A stretch of DNA of 64,000 nucleotides from Octopus sinensis (lineage: Eukaryota), in assembly GCF_006345805.1 (NCBI RefSeq), contig NC_043023.1, forward strand, positions 12,772,001 through 12,836,000, given 5' to 3'. This document shows positions 60,127 through 64,000 of this stretch, one piece after another (the stretch's first letter is position 1; the number at the start of each line of letters is the position of its first letter). The position numbers were made by a program, and so were the translations under genes. Below the pieces are notes generated by a model. That model did no database searches. It saw only the letters and a program-made list of their open reading frames with translations, and was not told where the DNA came from.

Positions 60127-60799
60127 CAAGAATTGTGAATATTTTGTCTGCTAAAAAACAGGGTTTATTCCTCTTCAAGCTTGACATTATCAACTTCAGT
60201 TTCTTGGATGTCAATATGAAATTCATGAATCTCGACTTCAATATCATTTATATATCTAAATATATCAACACAGAGATGACTTTGGTTTCTGAAGAGGATT
60301 GTGCTGGATTTTTGAGGAATTTGTTTTGAGAGAATAAAGGAATGGGAATAAGGAATAAAAGTTTTGAGTGACATTGATTTTGTTTTTGTTGTGTTTTCAT
60401 CATCATCATCCTTCTTCTTCTCCTCCTCATCCTCCTTCTTTTTCTTTTTCTTCTTCATCTTCTCCTCCTTTTTGTTTTTCTTCTTCTTCTCCTCCTCCTT
60501 CTTCTTCCCCTACTCCTTTTTCTTCTTCTCCTTCTTCTTCTTCAGTGTTCATTTTCTTTGCATGCTTGGGTGGGAAATTGTGACCTGAGCTGGCAAGCCA
60601 GAGTGCTGCTCCAGGTTCCACTCAGATTTTGCTTGCTTTCTTTGGCTGTATGCCCTTAAGACGTCCATTGAGGTAGAAAAACATTCTGTGCCTTATGAAT
60701 ATGTCCCAGAACGTAGTGATAGATGAAATACCGATAAGTCTTTTGCTCGGCGTGCTAATGTTTCTGCCAGCTCGCTGCTGTGTGTGACAGCCTCAGCAA

Positions 60800-61680
60800 T
60801 TCATGTTACATAGTACCATGACCAGAGCTTCATATGTGGTACCAGTACCAGGGCTTTTTACACAGCACCAACCATAGTAATTTTTCACTTGCAACCACCA
60901 CCAGAGTTTTTCACATGACATCATTGCCCATGGTTTTTTCATGAGGGATCAACACCAAAGAATTTTATGTGATACCAATTCCTGCGCTTTTTGTGTGACA
61001 CCATCACCAGGCCTTTTCTTGTGTGGTACTCTCTCTCTCTTTTACTCTTTTACTTGTTTCAGTCATTTGACTGCGGGCCATGCGAGCACACCGCCTTTAG
61101 AGTCGTAGCATATATATGTATATATATATATATAGGTATATATATTCTTATATGTAGTATAGTATTATATATGTATATAATGTATATATGTATGTATGTA
61201 TATATGTATATATGTATATATATATATATGGTATGTATACATATATATGATATGGGTATATCTTATATTCAGTTTTCCCGTCTACCAAATCCACTCACAA
61301 GGCTTTGGTTGGCCCGAGGCTATAGCAGAAGACACTTGCTCATGGTGCCACGCAGTGGGACTGAACCCAGAACCATGTGGTTGGTAAACAAGCTACTTAC
61401 CACACAGCCCCTCCTAGACCCTCACCAGTGCTTTTTAAGTGGGACCAGCAGCAGTGACTTTTACATGACCTCGGCCCAAAAGCACTTTCCATGGCTCCAG
61501 CACTAGCATTTTTTTCCTGACCCCAGCAACTGTAATTTTTGTATCGCTCCAGTACCTTACACGTGGCTCCAGCACCATTGCTTTTCATGTGGCAACAGCC
61601 CCTATGCATTGTATATGACACTGGTATTTAAGCTTTTTACATGACTCCAGCTCCAGGGTTGTATATTTGGCAACAGGGTC
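60800..61680. repeat. Degenerate ~26-27 bp minisatellite interrupted by a SINE
   Basis: Recurring caccagNNcttttt(a)catgNg-like units at 60810-61028 and 61420-61680. Confidence 0.55.
61029..61415 (-). mobile_element. tRNA-derived SINE, internally deleted, with an expanded TA microsatellite
   Basis: Tail and head match 14421-14818. Confidence 0.75.
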
Positions 61681-61779
61681 ACCAAGGACTGTGCAAGATA
61701 AAAACACCCCCAACTGCAAGAAGGTAAAAGCAATAAGGAAAGGATATTACTTTGTGCCAGTTGAGAGATTTACAGATCT

Positions 61780-62372
61780 GTTCAGGTGGCATGTAAAATG
61801 CACCAATCCGATCATGGCCGTTGCCAGCCTCGCCTGGCACGTAAAAAGCACCCACTACACTCACGGAGTGGTTGGCGTTAGGAAGGGCATCCAGCTGTAG
61901 AAACTCTGCCAGATCAGACTGGAGCCTGGTGCAGCCTCCTGGCTTCCCAGATCCACGGTCGAACCGTCCAACCCGTGCTAGCATGGAAAGCGGACATTAA
62001 CCCTTTCGTTACTGTATTTATTTTGAGATGTTCTGTGTTTCTTTCAATTACTTTAAATATAACAAAGAATTTAATAAAATAACTTAGTTAGCATTAAGCT
62101 GGTGTTAGGAACATAAATTGTGACTAAGGTTTGGCAGAAGATTTGAAATCAAAACTTTTGAAAACAAGACATTTGTACTACAGAGCCAGAGGTGGTTTCA
62201 GCTGGGTTGGTATCAAAAGGGTTAAGAATTGTTTCTCTATCATATATTTTAAGCCTTTTGTTACCATTTTCTGTCGAGATGTTCTGTGTTTCTTTCAATT
62301 ACTTTAAATATAACAAAGAATTTAATAAAATAACTTAGTTATCATTCAGCTAGTGTTAAATGATGATGATGA
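61780..62372 (+). mobile_element. RTE 3' tail interrupted at its TTAA by MITEs
   Basis: ggaaagcggacattaa ... ttaaatgatgatgatg. Confidence 0.7.
62001..62221. mobile_element. piggyBac-type MITE
   Basis: TTAA|CCCTTTCGTTAC ... GTATCAAAAGGG|TTAA; a partial second copy lies at about 62250-62356. Confidence 0.75.
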
Positions 62373-62598
62373 AGAGATAGCATCTAGATATAGAACAACA
62401 ACACAAACACAAAATGGTAACTTTTGTGTGACTTTTTATTCATAATTCTTTAAAATCCGACCAAAGGCATTTTCAGTAATCAAGTCATCTCGGAGTCAAT
62501 ATTTTTACAGATGATGACACATTTGAGGTTCCCATTAACAGTATTGAAGTTAACAAGGGGAAAAAGAAAGTCTTCGGCAGACAAATTAGTCTTAATTA

Positions 62599-62982
62599 CT
62601 CTCTCTTTACTCTTTTACTTGTTTCAGTCATTTTGACTGCGGCCATGCTGGAGCACCGCCATTAGTCGAGCAAATCGACCCCGGGACTTATTCTTTGTAA
62701 GCCCAGTACTTATTCTATCGGTCTTTTTTACCCAACCGCTAAGTGACGGGGATGTAAACACACCAGCATCGGTTATCAAGCAATGCTAGGGGGACAAACA
62801 CAGACACACACATATATATATATATACATATATTCGACAGGCTTCTTTCAGTTTCCATCTACCAAATCCACTCACAAGGCTTTGGTTGGCCTGAGGCAAT
62901 AGTAGAAGACACTTGCCCAAGATGCCACGCAGTGGGACTGAACCCAGAACCTTGTGGTAGGTAAGGAAGCTACTCCTGCGCC
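62599..62982 (-). mobile_element. tRNA-derived SINE
   Basis: Matches 14421-14818, with a small deletion at the A box. Confidence 0.8.
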
Positions 62983-63124
62983 TATTGTTGTATTTTGACA
63001 GTGATAAAGTTACACATGTGGGTGAATACCTACATGTGTATGGATGTAGCTTTTTCAAGAGAATGGTTTAGCACAGATGTCACACTGACCTGGCTTCTCT
63101 CCTGCAGAATTGCATTTATGTACA

Positions 63125-63751
63125 TTCATTCATCATTGTTTGACCGTGGTCGAGACAATGGAATTTACCATGCTACGCCAGACTTCACGGTCCATCATAG
63201 CATTACGGAGGTCCTGTTGCTGGATGCCTGTATCCCTGGAGATTACATCAGGGTAGGAGAGTGTGCGCCCTCTGGTATTGCGACCGTGGTCGAGACAATG
63301 GAATTTACCATGCTACGCCAGACCTCACGGTCCATCATGGCATTACGGAGGTCCTGCTGCTGGATGCCTGTATCCATGGAGATTACATTAGGGTAGGAGA
63401 GTGTGCGACTCTGGCATTGTGAGTAGATGGCTTCCAGAGAAGAGTAGAAATTACCTCCTTTTCAGCTCTACAACAATGTCCAGCAAACTGGACTCTCCAA
63501 CCTTTCACAAGAGATGACACAGGTGGTAGTTTCCCATATATTTGCATTTTGGTTGGATGGCGCTTCCACGAGAGATTTTGAGCTCTCATAAGGAGGCGAG
63601 TGTAAGTTCCATCCAACCGCCTCTCAAGCTTCTTTGATAACGTCCAGGTTTCTGAGCTATATAGTAGAATTGGTTCGACTGTGGCTTTGAAGATTTCAAG
63701 TTTGAAGTCTCTACTTAGGTTTGATGACCAGATCTTATGCATGTTATGCAT
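63125..63751 (-). mobile_element. 3' fragment of a second RTE/RTEX-like LINE family with a duplicated ~140-bp terminal segment
   Basis: KLEIFKATVEPILLYSSETWTL...QFAGHCCR; 63142-63268 is repeated at 63282-63407. Confidence 0.75.
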
Positions 63752-63824
63752 AAGATGACTTGCATAAGATTTATGTACACTTAAGTTAGATCTACGAGAG
63801 AATGAATCATAGATACCAACTTCA

Positions 63825-64000
63825 AAATAAAAATCAAATGGGGATTGTAGTTAAGATACCCGTGCCGGTGACACATAAAAAGCACCATCCGAACGTGGCA
63901 GATGCTAGTGCCGCCTGACTGGCGTCCGTGTCGGTGACATGTAAAAGCACCAACCGATCGTGGCCGCTTGCTAGCCTCCTCTGGCACGTAAAAAACACCT
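63825..64000 (+). mobile_element. Start of another RTE 3' UTR, running off the window
   Basis: aaaagcaccatccg sub-repeats. Confidence 0.7.

Overview
AT-rich eukaryotic DNA, most likely an Octopus (cephalopod) genome, judged from the SINE/LINE repertoire and the C2H2 array style. The window is a head-to-tail cluster of eight paralogous C2H2 zinc-finger loci, all on the + strand and labelled A-H here, plus the 3' end of a ninth upstream. A complete unit has: a GGATC-ended MITE; a CCAAT/CRE/ETS/CRE/TATA-like promoter; a short non-coding exon 1; an intron with palindromic MITEs; two tandem decayed leader segments; one exon of 84-bp finger repeats starting MNNSTKAK; and an RTE-LINE 3' tail right after the stop codon. 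B is intact. C, D and E are long ORFs with truncated ends. A and G are split by an antisense RTE LINE. F and H are frameshifted, and H may partly reflect assembly error. Main observations: (1) paralogs reuse one set of recognition-helix cassettes in different orders; (2) the start ATG seems to have arisen inside a dead finger, downstream of a fossil N-terminal domain; (3) every complete gene ends in a sense RTE tail, with antisense copies nearby; (4) the RTE reverse transcriptase has a C4HC3 PHD-like finger inserted in it; (5) a Helitron-bounded insert holds a Penelope-like inverted repeat with a G3:C8-swapped minimal hammerhead motif; (6) a TGT...ACA fold-back element with a 4-bp TSD is present in some paralogs only. 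Everything was read by eye and no searches were run.
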